Source: Octopus vulgaris
Lineage: Eukaryota
DNA: 64,000 nucleotides
NCBI GenBank assembly: GCA_951406725.2
Contig: OX597815.1
Location: 170,004,001-170,068,000, forward strand
Reading direction: 5' to 3'
Shown in pieces: positions 27,458 to 42,925 of the stretch; position 1 is the first letter of the stretch, and each line of letters opens with the position of its first letter. The position numbers were made by a program, and so were the translations under genes. The notes beneath the pieces are model-generated. The model made no database searches, had not been told where the DNA came from, and worked only from the letters and a program-made list of their open reading frames with translations.

Positions 27458-28013
27458 ATCCGCTCGGGAAACGTAAATTTAGTATTAACATACTTAATGT
27501 TAACAAAAAATCTAATTAGAAATATTTACGTGTCTCGTAAGACAAGGTTAGCGCCCTACTGGATCATTTTGAGAAATACATAAAATAAATTCGGATACGT
27601 CTTGCTTTTATTAGACCCCACTCTGTAGACTTCAGTATACGTGTAGCAGTAGCAATTACAGAATCACCAGTTAAGCCTACAATATTGTATATGAGTCTAC
27701 TACAAATTTGGAAGACAAATTACAAATAATATATTTTATAGAGATTTCATATGCCTAAACTATTTTCGTTATTTCCCAATAATCTCTGAATATGCAATCG
27801 ATGCATATTACCACCACCACCACCACCACCACCACCACCACCACCACCACCACAACTACCAAAACTACCACCACTACCACCACCACCACCACCACCACCA
27901 CCACCACTACTGCCGCCACAACCACCACCACCACCACCATCCACCATCCTCCTCCTCCTCCTCATCATCATCACTTTCAACCGGATAAACTCTACTATAT
28001 ATATACATGCATG

Positions 28014-28063
<50 letters not shown>

Positions 28064-29298
28064 CGTATACATACATATATATATATATATACATATACAT
28101 ATACATACATACATATATATATGTATGTATGTATGTATGTATATATATGTATGCATGTATATATATATATGCACATAATTTGGCATGTGAAAAGGCGAGA
28201 AAGCGTATGCAATATATGTTTTAGAGTTTATATATGCACACACGCACGCAAACGCATAAACACACAGACAGATATGTAAATTCATGTCAGTATATTCACC
28301 GATACCAAATTTATTCAATTTGCAAAGTACAAGATGAAAACTATAAGTATGGTTTCACACGAGCGACGTTAATGAAAAAAAGTGCTCCTTTATACAGTTT
28401 TTATGTTCTATGAGCGTTATCGGAAAAGCATAAAAAAATTTACATTAGCATTTCGGTTATAAAGAGGAAAAGCGAAATCTTTGATAGAGTTAGAGTTCTA
28501 CCGTCCATTATTCCATAATACAACTACTGAAGCCAACACATTTAAAACTTGTTAGGTTTGATAAATCGTTTTATGAATTACAACACCAAACTAAACGACG
28601 GATTTATTTCTACAATCTACGAAGAACTGAGGAATATTATGCCATAATCCGATCAGGAAGCATCTATTTATGAAACATTTCCTACACATTATCTTTTCCG
28701 AATTTTAATCACTAATTTATTATCAATGCTTGTTCAAATACTATACCCCACATGTGAATAGGTTGAAGATTTAAAGGAACCTAGCATTATACCAATGACG
28801 CGAAAATAAATATTCAGATTTTGAAAATTTATATTATTATAAGGTTACATTTTTTTTTCTACCACAATCTGACCACTTGAAGAAGTTCTAGATTTCGGCA
28901 TATGATGAACGTTTCAACTCCAATAGCATTCTCTAGATAAATTAGGATACAAAACGTAGTCACAATTTTGACAGATATGATTAAACAGCTATACTCTGAT
29001 GCACAATCGATCAATCTATCAGCTAAACTGGGTTTGCATCTCTTTACAGCATGTTGGTTTGATAGAAACCTATTATGAAATTTAAATAAAAATATATACT
29101 TTATTTCAAAGACCTGTCAAAGATGATTTGTTTGTCATTATTTAAAATTTCAATAGTTGTTTGGATGACTGCTTTCTAAAACTAATTGTCACAACACCAG
29201 AAATAATATTCCCTTGAATCGTGAAGATATTGACAGCATTTATTTTCATTGTATTTGCATCCTTAATTTCCATAGGGTTCTTATTTATGTTAGAAAAA

Positions 29299-29624
29299 AA
29301 ATACACATTATCTGTATTCAACCAGAGAATCAGTAGACCAATACGTTTAGTTAATTAGCCATAAATATCTTGAAGAAATATCTTAAGACAAAAATTCCCT
29401 CAACATATATCAAATTAATATTCTTGTAAACTAATGTTGATTATTGCAATTTACTTCACTTTGAAAAGATTTTTAAAGGTAACATAGTGTACAAGAAAAA
29501 CTACTGCGTCGACACGGACACATTATACACACCAAGATAACAGCTGGAGAAAGAAGAATCAAACAAAAGAAATATTCTGCAGAAAAGAAAAACTGATAAC
29601 GGTGTAGAAAACTTTGTGAAACTT
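29299..29624 (+). repeat. Direct repeat copy 2 (~325 bp)
   Basis: Nearly identical to 27134-27457. Confidence 0.9.
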
Positions 29625-29816
29625 GTTCTGAGGATGCTGAACCTTACGAGAGAGATACTCGAAGGTTGCAACAAATGTCGACTTTCACTCTCACCGTAAT
29701 CCAATTCATTGCTAGTACGATTAAAAGAAAGGACGTAAAAAATAAGGATGATGTACACAAATAATCACAGATTGCGACTAAATCATTTAACCCAAAATTC
29801 AAAACGATTATTTTAA

Positions 29817-30070
29817 CATTGCAGCGTGGAAGGTGTTTATAAGCCATTTAAGAAAAACACAAAAACCGTTAGATTCACTTCAACAGTGAACAGGTCGCGG
29901 TCTCAAAGCGACGAAAATATTTTGGTAAATTATACGTAAATATTGAAGTGAATTTAACGGTTTTTGTGTTTTTCTTAAATGGCTTACAAAAACCTTCCAC
30001 ACTGCAATTGTTTTCGTTCCAGCACACGATCTCAGATCAGGTCTCTTGCTATGTCAGTACATATCCGTAA
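29817..30070 (+). repeat. Palindrome-plus-tail repeat, centrally deleted copy
   Basis: Homologous to 10755-11113; inner part of the left arm is missing. Confidence 0.78.
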
Positions 30071-31058
30071 TATTTTAATATTATTCTGCTTATACGGTAG
30101 CGAGCTGGCAGTATACTTAGCAGGTGGGGCGAAATGCTTGGCGGCATTTCGTCCGTCTTCACGTTCAGATTTCAAATTCCGACGAGATCGACTTTGCCAT
30201 TCATCCTTTGGGGTCGATAAAATAAGTACTATTTGAGTACTGGGGTCCATATTTACATCATGACGAATATCCTTCAATAGGTCTAACGAAACGTTTTACT
30301 CACTGCAAGTTACGTATGAACAAGACACTCATACGTACATATACATACATGCATATATACATACATGCATACATACATACATACTTCCATGTATTCCCTC
30401 CGTCCACTATCTCGGTGATAGTGGGCGGGCAGAGGGTAGTTTTTGTAGGATCTTTAGGTACCTTTCTATTGGGTCCTATCAGAAGCAACCGTCATTAAAC
30501 TGTCAGTAATGGGACTTTGGGGTATTTAAGTATTACGGCCTTACTGTGTGTCTTTTCAGTTAATGCTACACCACTGGATAAATGAAGCTAAGAAGTGTAC
30601 AGTTTCTTATTTATGGATACCAGCAAACACATTTTTTGTTGATGCGTGTTATGTACACACATCGTCTAACAGGACAAGATCTCCAATGACGAGGACCACC
30701 AGAATGTATTGAGAATGAATCGATGCATTATTGTTCGTATTCTCCCTGTTCTTTGTGCACCCCATCGGTTATCCTAAATATTAAATTATCTGCCAACAAA
30801 ATTATGAATTTCTTGAAATTACCACATTTTTCTTTGAGACAGTCAATTGATTGCTAATTTCTAAAGGACATCATTCAGAAAATTGGTACTTCTAGCTCTA
30901 TTCTTTTCGGCAGCAGACAACTTGACTATTTGATAAATAAAAAGTCGTTATAATAATTGCTGGATTGAAATAAGTTCTACGACCTATATGGTCAACTAAA
31001 ACCTAAGTTCGTGCGTCAGCATAACTGTAATCCTATACATATATATATATATATATAA

Positions 31059-31121
<63 letters not shown>

Positions 31122-31601
31122 TATATAAACATATATATAAATATATATGAATGCAAATACGTATCTATGTTTGAAAGTATGTGTGTGCATATACGTATAT
31201 ATTATAAAATACTAATACACACACATACACACACACACACATGCATACACATTCTCGCATACATGCACGCACGCACACGCATTTGCTTACACACATACTT
31301 AACAATTTCTCTTTAGGCACTTTCAAAACTAATGTCTAAACAGAGACTAATTTGTTTTCCCTCGTGAAACTAATGTTTGTCTGACACAGTCCGTCGATTA
31401 TACGACAGATTAGTAATTGTTTATCTTCATCGATATACTATTAAAATATGTAATTGAAAGCAAATAAACGAACTCAAAATATCACCATATTCTTTTGAAA
31501 CTGACAGTAGTCTGTCTTGGCAAACAATGAATTAATGAAGACAGAGAATTTAAATAAGTTTGTATAAAATGTGAATACCGAAGTTCTGTTTCCTGAGCCC
31601 T

Positions 31602-31668
<67 letters not shown>

Positions 31669-33168
31669 AACACACACACACATAGGCACACGCTCGCACG
31701 CGAAAAAGGACGGGAGATATGTTATTGTCTCTGTTGTTGTTGTTGTTGTTATGGTTCCCCAGTTAAAGAGGGAACTTTATCTCTGATGAAATTTTAACAG
31801 AGAAGTGAAACTAGTCCGGCTGATGCTTTGTATAAAAACAAGGTTTTTTTTTTACTAGTTTCAGCTACTGAATGGCAGCCATGGTCGGGTACCATCTTGA
31901 AGGGTTTAGACAAATAAGTCGACCTAGAACTTATTTTGGATCTAGTAATTACTCTACTGGTATTTTTTTTGCCAAATTGCGTAGCCATTAACAAAACAAC
32001 ACCGGTTGTCAAGCATTGGAGAAAACAAAAGCAGACACAAAACACACGCTGTATATATACATATATGTTCTACTATAAACCCGAGTTGAACAATGCTGTG
32101 TGGAAGATTACCGTATACGGCAGTCTACCATACAGTTTCCGTTTACCATCGTAAGGCAATGTTTAACTCTAGTTTATAGTAGAAGATTTTTGCCAAGGCG
32201 TTACATTGTAGGACTGAACGCCAAACCACATGATTGACTAATGAGCTTGTTAACCATATAACCAATTTCTCTCTATACATAAAGATATTGGCTAAAAATT
32301 TATAGATATGTTTCGTGGGAGTGATATAAGCTTCTGAAACAAGACCTTGGTGATATTCAATAAATTTAAGGTCGGTATTTATAGTAATTCCAATTATTGT
32401 AATGGATTAACGGGAAAATCCAAGAGTCCTTGGAAACTGGAAATATTTTATGATGGCAGTAATTAGCTCGCTGGGGATTGCATTCAAGGGTTCGATTTCT
32501 GGGCGACATGTAGAATCTTATGTTATGAGCCTTGTTATGGTAACGGGTAGTTTTATATCTTCTTCAGAATTATCCATGATTGGACAATTTACAAGCCAGA
32601 TGGAGGGAAATGTTTCTATTCTTGCAGGAAAATTTTAAAATGTTTAAAAATATTATAAAGACAACGAAATATTTTGTTTTATTATAAGTGGAGTGTGCTA
32701 GATTTTCTTTTTGTAATTCTAATATTTGAGTTCACATGTTTAATGGAGCGGACATTAAGAAGAGTATTCGCTCTAATAAGTATTTCTGATTTATGCACAA
32801 GGCCAGCAATTATGAAGGGAGGTAGTGAGTAGTTTAAATCGATCCCAGTACTGGAATGATACTTTATCTTACCTACGCCGAAATGCTGACCGGCAAATTT
32901 GGTTCCTGCATGATGAATCTACTTAATCTAATAATATCACCCTATTATTTTAATTATTCATCAAGCATGGGGAACAACTCCAGACAGGTTTCATCGTTTT
33001 TATGACCTTACAGTGAAATACAAAACTATTCTCCAAGAGCATAGTGCAGGCATAACTGTGTATTTAAGAAGCTCACTTTGCAACCAAGTGGCTTCGGGTT
33101 CAATCCCACTGCGCAGGACCTTCTTGAGCAAGTCTCTTCTACTATAACTCCTTACTGACGAATGCCTT

Positions 33169-33243
<75 letters not shown>

Positions 33244-33294
33244 CATACATATGTATATATATGTGTAAATATCGTGTATACATATACATACATT

Positions 33295-33391
<97 letters not shown>

Positions 33392-34163
33392 CATGTAAAG
33401 AAAACAGAAAATGGAGAAATATTCTGATAGATTTAGTTGCAGTTTCTAGAAGAGTGAGTAACCAGATAGAGACTCAGTTATCAGGCCTGTACGAAGAGCC
33501 CGATCACAGGAAGTAGTAAAACGGCATAAAATCTACTCTAAACATGAAAATGTCTAACTGGTTACCTTAGACAGGTTTTGAGCAAAAGATTTTGTCCTCG
33601 TAATCGAACATAACAACGATAGAAAATGTTTAAAAAATAGATTCTCCCTCACTATGCGATAAATGCATTATGCTTGAATACGTGAATAAAACGCCAAACT
33701 TTATTTGATTATTAAAAACGGACCGATATGCCTGGAAGCCAGCAACCAAACGATAGAAAACGTAAATTGTAATAAACAAACGTGGGGAAAAATAACTAAT
33801 GTTGTATTTACTTCAAAATATCAATAATATACGATGTTGAAATGTTTTGTTATTCTTTACGTAAACTAAGATAGTTTTCAACCATCATCAAGATGTCTAA
33901 TTTGATAACATCACCATTTCATGTAAACGAGATAAACTCATAACCACTCGTACAAATGTAATCATACAAGAATACATACAGAGTACATAAAAAATATCAG
34001 GAACATGGAAATATATGCTTATATACATGTATAGGTGTGTGTATGTGTGTAAGCTCGTACGTCCGGACACTATTCTATTTAGGCGAAATAAAAAAGGACA
34101 TCACAAACTGCAGACAGTTGTAGGAATTCCGAATAAGACATTATCATACTGAATTGTCACAAC

Positions 34164-34396
34164 TTATTTCTGTATTACCCACAAGGGGCTAAACATAGAG
34201 GGGACAAACAAGGACAAACATAGGTATTAAGTCGATTACATCGACCCCAGTGCGTAACTGGTACTTAATTTATCGATCCCGGAAGGATGAAAGGCAAAGT
34301 CGACCTCGGCGGAATTTGAACTCAGAACGTAACGGCAGACGAAATACCGCTAAGCATTTCGCCCAGCGTGCTAACGTTTCTGCCAGCTCGCCGCCT
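34164..34396 (-). mobile_element. SINE family B with 15-bp TSD
   Basis: TSD ctgaattgtcacaac at 34149-34163 and 34395-34409. Confidence 0.9.
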
Positions 34397-34558
34397 GAAT
34401 TGTCACAACCGTCTCATGAACAGTCACAGTTTGGGGAGCTTTTCTAGCCTAAATAAAAATATTTTTCGGTTCCTTTGATAGTAATATTTTCTTCCCCTTG
34501 TTTTGATTGCGTGTGCTGACTTGTGTGATTCACACACACACACGTATATATGTGCGTG

Positions 34559-34888
34559 TGAAGGTGCATGTTTTAGTGGTTCGAGCGTCGGGCTCACAAT
34601 CAGGAGGTTGTGAGTTCGATTCCCGGACCGGGCTGTGTGTTGTGTTCTTGAGCAAAACACTTTATTTCCCGTTGCTTCAGTTCACTCACCTGTAGAAATG
34701 AGTTGCAACGTCACTGGTGCCAAGGTGTATCTGCTTTTACCTTTCCCTTGGGTAACATCGGTGGCGTGGAGAGGGGAGGCTGCTATGCATGAGCGACTGC
34801 TGGTCTTCCATAAACAACCTTACTCGGACTTGTGCATCGGAAGGGAACTTTCTAAGTGCAATATCATGGTTATTCATAATCAAAAGGA

Positions 34889-34892
<4 letters not shown>
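34559..34892 (+). mobile_element. tRNA-derived SINE, family E
   Basis: TAGTGGTT A-box remnant and GAGTTCGATTCC B box; tgtgttcttgagcaaaacact segment shared with family D. Confidence 0.7.
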
Positions 34893-34919
<27 letters not shown>

Positions 34920-35167
34920 AGTTAATCTTGAACTCCAACATAACGTGGATGTTGCGTTAGAACACATAATACTGCGTTATTTACCATGAGAGGATGTCTC
35001 ATAAGGACTCATGCTACATAAAAACACTCGTATTTATATCGTTTATAATTTCATTATAACTACAGGTGCTTTTATGCCCAACGAGTCCTCAGACATTCTC
35101 TTAAGATAAATAATGCAGTATTCTGTATTCCGACATATTCTCCACTTTAAGTTGGAAATGAAGATTA

Positions 35168-36164
35168 CAAAGAGTGTTCATTAAAGATTTCCCCTGACCC
35201 ACTTCCCAAGGACTGGGATAAACGAAACTTGGAATATTTATTAGTTCTTCTCTATATAGCCACCACCAATGGTGAAACATTTCTCCCATCGCTTTATGCA
35301 GCTGTGAAGACCTCGCCTGTGGAAGTCGGTGGTTTGTGTCTGGATCCAAGACTTTACCTTGGAAATAAGTTCATCATCAGCCGAAAAGTGCTTCTCCTTC
35401 ATAAAAGACTTCATGTTTGTAAAGGGGTGGGATTCAGATGGTGTGAGGTCAGGAGAATAAAGAGAAGAGGAAGGAATTCATATTGGCAGGATGGTGCTTT
35501 CATCTGGGTAAAATACACATTGTGAACTGGGGCGTTGTCTTGGAGGAGGCGGACTCTTTTGGTCAGCATGCCGGTCGTCTCTGCCAAAAGAGCCTGGGAG
35601 CAATTGACTCGATCCTGCTTCTGAAAAGGTGTCAGCATCCAGGGAATCCATCGTACAGACAACTTCCGCAAGTGCAAATGATCGTCAATCATTTTCCCTA
35701 CACTTATCTTCACTTCTTGGGCTAGTTGCCGAATAGTTTTGCGGTGATCTTCCAAAATGGCGGCATCCACTTTATGGATGGTGTAGTCATAAATGGGGGG
35801 AATGTAGTCGTCCAGGAATAGGAGCAGTTTCCACCGATATCCGACCACATTTGAACTGGCGGTGTCAGTGCTTGACTACGTCGTATGATGGTGCATCGTC
35901 ACCATAAAGTTCTTTCATCTCATAGAAAGTCTCTTTTGGTGTACGACCTTTCAGGTATAAAAATATGATCACCGATCTGCATTCAACTGCGTCTATTATA
36001 ACACCTTAGTCCACTTTAGCAGTGATAAAAGCCAAGCAAATCCTTGTGGAAAGCTGCAATTTATAACATGACATACAGAGACATATATAATTATACCTGT
36101 ACAAGTTCCGTTTCCTGCAATAGCTGAAATTGGATCAGATGAAATATTTAATGAACACCCCACG
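35168..36164 (-). mobile_element. Decayed, internally deleted mariner element
   Basis: TA-flanked imperfect TIRs (gtgttcattaaa.atttc); transposase remnants RKLSVRWIPWML and LLQDNAPVH. Confidence 0.85.
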
Positions 36165-36245
36165 TACCTTTTGATATGTGTGTGTGTGTTTGAGTATGTG
36201 AGTATGTGCGTATGCATGTATGTATATAAATATATATGTATATAT

Positions 36246-36291
<46 letters not shown>

Positions 36292-36294
<3 letters not shown>

Positions 36295-36748
36295 GTTGTG
36301 TAATAAGTAGCTTGCTTACGAACCACATGGTCCCAGGTTCAGTCCCACTGCGTGGCACCTTGGGCAAGTGTCTTCTACTATAGCCTCCGGCCAACCAAAG
36401 CCTTGTGAGTGGAAACTGAAAGAAGCCCGTTTATATATGTATATATCACAGTGAACACCGTGACCGACCAGGCTATCAGATGTTGCTACACATCGCTGGT
36501 CACAATGCGCTTCGCATTGTTTTAGCCTTCAAGTGACGCCAGCCCACAGGCTAAGCGAGCAGAAGAAAGAGAGAAAGTTGTGGCGAAAGAGTACAGCAGG
36601 GATCATCACCACCCCATGCCGGAGCCTCATGGAGCTTTAGGTGTTTTCACTCAATAAACACTCACAATGCCCGGTCTGGGAATCGAAACCGCGATCCTAC
36701 GACCGCGAGTCCGCTGCCCTAACCACTGGGCCATTGCGCCTCCACATA

Positions 36749-36798
<50 letters not shown>

Positions 36799-37010
36799 TG
36801 TGTGTGTATGTGTTTGTGTGTCTGTGTTTTCTCCCCAATATCGCTTGACAACAGATGCTGGTGTGTTTACGTCCACGTAACCTAGCGGTTCGGCAAAATA
36901 ACCGATAGAATAAGTACTAAGCTTACAAAGAATAAGCCCTGGGGTCGATTTGCTTGACTAAAGACAGTGCTTCAGCAGGCCACAGTCAAATGACTGAAAC
37001 AAGAAAAAGA
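36292..37010 (+). mobile_element. Bipartite SINE family C (tRNA-like head, internal microsatellite, tail) with a nested family A SINE
   Basis: Head 36292-36430 and tail 36820-37010; the same head-microsatellite-tail order occurs at 38597-39020 and 31850-32262 on the minus strand. Confidence 0.7.
36446..36743 (-). mobile_element. SINE family A
   Basis: Reverse-complement homology to 2287-2590. Confidence 0.87.
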
Positions 37011-37399
37011 GTATATATATATATATATACATGCTTGCATATGATTTTGAGTATGTGTTTGAAAAAAATGAAGCAATGTAACATTATTGAATGTTGTGTA
37101 GGTCTATACAAAAATAGGTTTGGAATAGTGATTCCCTATGCATTTTAGATTATTGTCACTTTCAACCTGCACCCCCTTCTTTGTAGTTATTATGTATATA
37201 GCATTACCAACATTATACGTAATAACATAGAATATTTGAAAATAGATTTAATGTTAAATCACAAAAGCATTCATGGATGCCTTGACAAAGAAAACAACCA
37301 TAAGCGTTTACAGAATCCCGCGGTAACTGATAACATCCACTTTAAGAACTACTGGTATAGAACTAATTCATAAAATCTTATTGACATATTTTCTTTGCG

Positions 37400-37940
37400 G
37401 TTTGCATTACTGACAGATTAATACGCTTTAGATAAACCGCTGCAGTTATAAAACAGTCTGCTGAACGAATACGGAGTGGGTATCGATAAAAGTTTGAATC
37501 TCTCTGGACACGAAATAGAAACAAAATACTGGTCGTAAAGAAAATATTCGCAGATACCTGTAATCCGGAAAATGTAACAGAGCAGTCATCAATCATTAAA
37601 TGCAAATACAAGAAAATTCAGGAATAGTGTGTGGACACGAAAGATGAAATTCCAGACAGGAGATTTGTATAAGCTGAAATTACAGACGAACAACTGAAAT
37701 ATAAATTGACGTTGTCTTCTTGGCACATTATGAGCAAACAATACGCTATGGTTGTGAAGTAGTTTTGTTGCAAAGTGTAAACGTCCGTACTGACATAGAA
37801 ATATGACAAATAACAGCATGAATTATGTGGAAGATTATTGAAGCATCGCTACAAAGACAAATGAAGAAGAGGTCAACAAGGAGTTCCTCTGGGGACAAGG
37901 GATGAAATTGAAGTATTGAACCGAAAACATGAAACATTAT
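37400..37940 (+). pseudogene. Highly decayed RTE-like LINE fragment
   Basis: IRYGCEV resembles the LYGCE(T/A)W motif; many stops. Confidence 0.35.
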
Positions 37941-38075
37941 TCTGTTCGTTTTTTCATTTCATTCAAACATTTTGAACATTACCAACACTGTAATTTTAGA
38001 TTGGTTAATGGGATTTTATATCCCTCCATCCATACATGAATGTGTATTGGGTATACACACACACACATTTATACG

Positions 38076-38520
<445 letters not shown>

Positions 38521-38525
38521 AAAAT

Positions 38526-38593
<68 letters not shown>

Positions 38594-38596
38594 GTA

Positions 38597-39020
38597 TTTT
38601 TATCTTACATTTTACCCACTTCAGTCATTAAACTCTGGTAATGCTAGGGCACCATTATTTTAGGCGAATGAATTGACCCCAGTAAATTTTTGTAAAGTCT
38701 GGTACCTACTTTGTCGATCTTTTCCCGAACCTCTATTTTACGGGGACATAAACACGCCAACACCGGTTTGTCAAGCGTTGGTAGGGAGAAACACAGACAC
38801 AAAGACACACACACACACATGCACACATTCACACAACTAACACACACACTCTGACACGCACACGCATACAGGCACACATATAAACGATAGGCTTCTTTCA
38901 GTTTTTGTCCACCAAATTTACTGAAAGGTCTTCGGTCGGCCCGAGGCTATAGTAGAAGACACTTACTCAAATTTCCACGGAGTAGGAGTTAAACCTGGCA
39001 CCATGTGGTTGGGAAGCAAT
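38597..39020 (-). mobile_element. Bipartite SINE family C
   Basis: Head 38883-39020, CA-rich spacer, tail 38597-38800. Confidence 0.7.
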
Positions 39021-39120
39021 CTTGAGAGATACAGTATTCAAAATTCTGCTAGCTCTCCATATTTAATCCTGTCTGCCTTTAAATGTCTCTACATTATGAT
39101 GTGAAATATAAGATCTTTTC

Positions 39121-39246
39121 TACTCTGATGACGGAGGCTCGATTTATTTAATGTTGATTGCTTCCACAACGACCTGCATATTGCGATGAACTAGATCTAC
39201 GAACATTATGATCAATATTTGAACCTTCAGAAACAGCTATTGGACT
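39121..39246 (+). ncRNA. Degenerate hammerhead motif with a long stem II insertion
   Basis: CTGATGA-cggaggctcga...ttgaaccttca-GAAA-cagcta-TT; stem I is weak. Confidence 0.4.
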
Positions 39247-40815
39247 TATAACACCTTACTTCTTCCCCTTTAATTTTCTCTGTTGTTTGCACTCTGTGTA
39301 AATTGGATCTATCAATATAAATATCTATATATTTATACTTAAATATTCATCGTCTAAATGTCTTCACCCTTTATTTCCACTCGTTGTGAATGTATACATA
39401 TCTATATATTTTGTATTTCATACTTAAACTATTATATCTAATATATTTAATCTGTTTATCCGCATAATTACCTCTACACATACATATATGAATATAAATA
39501 ATTACGTACACACACACACACGCATATATCCATATATATATGTATGCGTATATATAGATATACACATATAAATACGTGACGAAAGATCAGCATGTATCTA
39601 ACATATATTTAACAGCTTCATAAGAAATCAACCAACATATAATACATAATGAACACTGAATGGAAGGATGTATATGAAGATTTTCGAAAGGTTAAAGAGA
39701 ATATAGAAAAATGTAGATAAGATATACACTTTAAAATCTCTTGTAGAGCATGCACAAAATCTCATCTTTATCTGTAAACCAACCGTAGGATATCATATGC
39801 ATTTACGACACGAATCATGCGGTCGGTCAAACATGAAGAAATAAATAGAAAATAAGAACTAAAAATCATGTGATATTAATACAGATATCTGGAGATGTTA
39901 CATATATCCATTCAGCCTTGTGAAATACATTTTCAATACATTTCTTCTTCACAACACACGAGGTAGATGCATCAGAAACAGCTGGATTGAAATACGAAAT
40001 TTGCTATCAATATGGCCGCATATACCACTAATGAAAGATTTTGATTATATAAATGGAATTTACGGATATACATAAAACTAAGTTAATGCTTAAATCTATT
40101 ATTACCAGGAGGAAATCACCATGATGTTATTATCTGGGATAATATGAATATAAACAAGTACTTTCCTGCCCGTAACTACTCCATATTTACGCGGTAAAAT
40201 ATTATAATATTTATGGATCATATTTATGAACTACAGATATTGTGTTTGCTGTGTGAGCTTTTCAGTTTCCCAAACACATTATCAGCTTTGTTTTGATCAT
40301 TTACCCAATAAAAAAAAAATAGGCTATCTATAAATATCTCAAGAACAAAAAAAACAAAACAAATATATACACAAATGAGCAAAACGCCGAACTTGGTTTC
40401 ACAGAAAATAAAATAAAACAACCTCCTAACTGATAAGATAAATTTGTTCAAAATATTAACAAAATTTAGAGAAGGAACATTAAGGGAAGAATAACTTTAC
40501 AAAATGCAGAATAAAGAGTTTTGCTGGTAAAGTTGGCGGATGAGGAGAATAACCAATAAAAACTGTCATAAAAATACAGATACATACAAGAGCGCGCCAC
40601 TACTGACATACACAGAAATACACAAATACACGTACAAGTACATACATCAATTTTTATTTAGCCTTTCTTGTCCTTTTCCTGTAAAAACGTTAACTGCTTA
40701 ATAGGCAACTACGTTAGAAGAATATATAAGTGTGTACTCGCAACCAGGATAATTTCCGCGTATCTTAAAGTTTCATGCAGTTAACGTTAGTAAATTGTAC
40801 TTGTTGCTTACTCCA

Positions 40816-41050
40816 AAATACCTATTTCTTCACTACCCACAAGGGGCTAAACACAGAGGGGACAAACAAGGACAGACAAACGGATTAAGTCGATTATATC
40901 GACCCCAGTGCGTAACTGGTACTTATTTAATCGACCCCGTAAGGATGAAAGGCAAAGTCGACCTCGGCGGGATTTGAACTCAGAACGTAGCGGCAGACGA
41001 AATACCGCTAAGCATTTCGCCCGGCCTGCTAACGATTCTGCCAGCTCGCC
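40816..41050 (-). mobile_element. SINE family B, full length
   Basis: Family consensus match. Confidence 0.88.
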
Positions 41051-41798
41051 ATTGTGTACAAGTGCGTGTGTGTGTGCATGCGTGTGTGCGTGTGTGTGTG
41101 AATGCTTGTTGGTACGCATGAACACTACTTGTCAGTCTATATAACTGTGTACGTGTGTATGTGTATGTGTGCGTGTGTTTGCACGTGAGGGTGTGTGCCT
41201 GTGTGTATTGCAGATACGTACTATGCACATATAAATCATTTCTAGCAAAATGGAAATATTGATGTAAAAATGTCACTTTTTAAAAAAAAATCAATGGAGC
41301 AAATTGAAAACGAGGTGTAATAAATCGCCAAAGGATACCAATTCATTAGAATTCATTTATATGCATGTGTGCTTGTGAGCATGCAAGCCTGTGTGTGTAT
41401 GTGCTAGCGCATGCGTAAAGTAATTTCTCTAAATGCACATATCATTGATATTATGTTAAACTGTGGTATATCCAAATTTGGCCAAATGCGCTGTATTTTT
41501 TAAATATTTATTTTTGCTTGCAATAGCCGGTTATTTTGGTCAAATTATCGTATCTCCAGCTGCTTCATTTGCCAAGAAATCAAAAATTGTCACAGTATAG
41601 TACAACGGTTTTGCTATGGAATGGTGAAACTAATTTTTCGTTTTCTGAAAAAGCAACGTTTTGGACTTACGACACTTTTGCATAATAGCAACGATTTGTA
41701 AATGAATGTGTATGCATATAAGTGATATAGTTTAAGTTGCTTTCCCTTCTATTTTCATAGTGTGTGTATGTGTGTGTATGTATGTATGTATGTATGTA

Positions 41799-41830
<32 letters not shown>

Positions 41831-42925
41831 TGTGTGTGTGTGTGTGATGTATAGGCAAACCTGTTAAAATACAACTCAGAAAATACTAAATACTTCGATA
41901 AAGTATTAGTTATGCTTGAAAGGAGAATGTTGTATCCTTGTTGTTCTGAAAGAAAATAGGATGAAAGGAAACCAAGCTAAAAGAAGCTCTGCGTGCGTGT
42001 GGGGGAGGAGTGTCTATCTGTCTGTGCGGGCGTGCGCGCGTGTGCGTGTATGTGCAAAGGAGGGAGATTGGAAAGATTAAAATCTAGTGAAGAGGTTATC
42101 TTATGAGGTGCAGTCGCAAAGGGAGGAACGGTTAGATGTGTAGCTGCAGGGATCAGAGTCTATGTAATCTAGGTTCCAATCTTGTGAGAAATTTGTTTGC
42201 GGACGTGTTTGTTTTGGTGCAAGTGCGTGTAACAATGTGTGTGTGTAAGTGAAAATTGGCTGGTATTTGGGTGAGTGGGGTGGTGAACATTATGTGTGTA
42301 AGTGTATAATATGATTGCGTATAAGTGTATAATGCATGTTGAGCTTGTGAGTCTGTGCACCTGATTTCAGCCAATGTAAGCTTGCTTGTGTGTGTGTCTA
42401 CGTAAATACAGAAAACGTTGACGTTATATGAGGTAGTATTGTGAGTTTGAATTCTTGTGCAATGCAGATAGTTGATTTGTATGTGCGCATGAGTGTCATT
42501 CATACGGGGCTTTTTTTTTATCAAGATCTAGCGCGAAAGTTACCTCTAAATTGTGGGTTTTGTGTGTGGTCATGCGAATTGAAATGGGCTGTGATGTAGT
42601 TAAATCAGAGAGGATAAATCGAGAAGTCAGTCAAATAGAGAAGAAAGTAAGCACATACTAATTGGAGATTTAGAAAATGGACAACGGAAAAAGGGGTTTA
42701 AAATTAAAATGTTTTTTTTTTTTAAGGAGAGAAAGCGGTCGTAGATGCATGCAAAGTACGCGTTTGCGGTATGAATGGCGCATATGTGTGTATGTGATTG
42801 TTTCGGTGGTGAATGGAAGTGGTTAGCAATCGGGTACTTATAGACAATGTGTGCTATACAAGAAAATGGGAAGATTTAATGGATATAAATTAATTTGTTT
42901 ATTAACATTGCCTATAATTGTTTCA

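Noticed and set aside
27747-28178. Poly-Gly / poly-Thr / poly-Val ORFs
   Set aside because: An (ACC)n trinucleotide repeat with no flanking coding signal.
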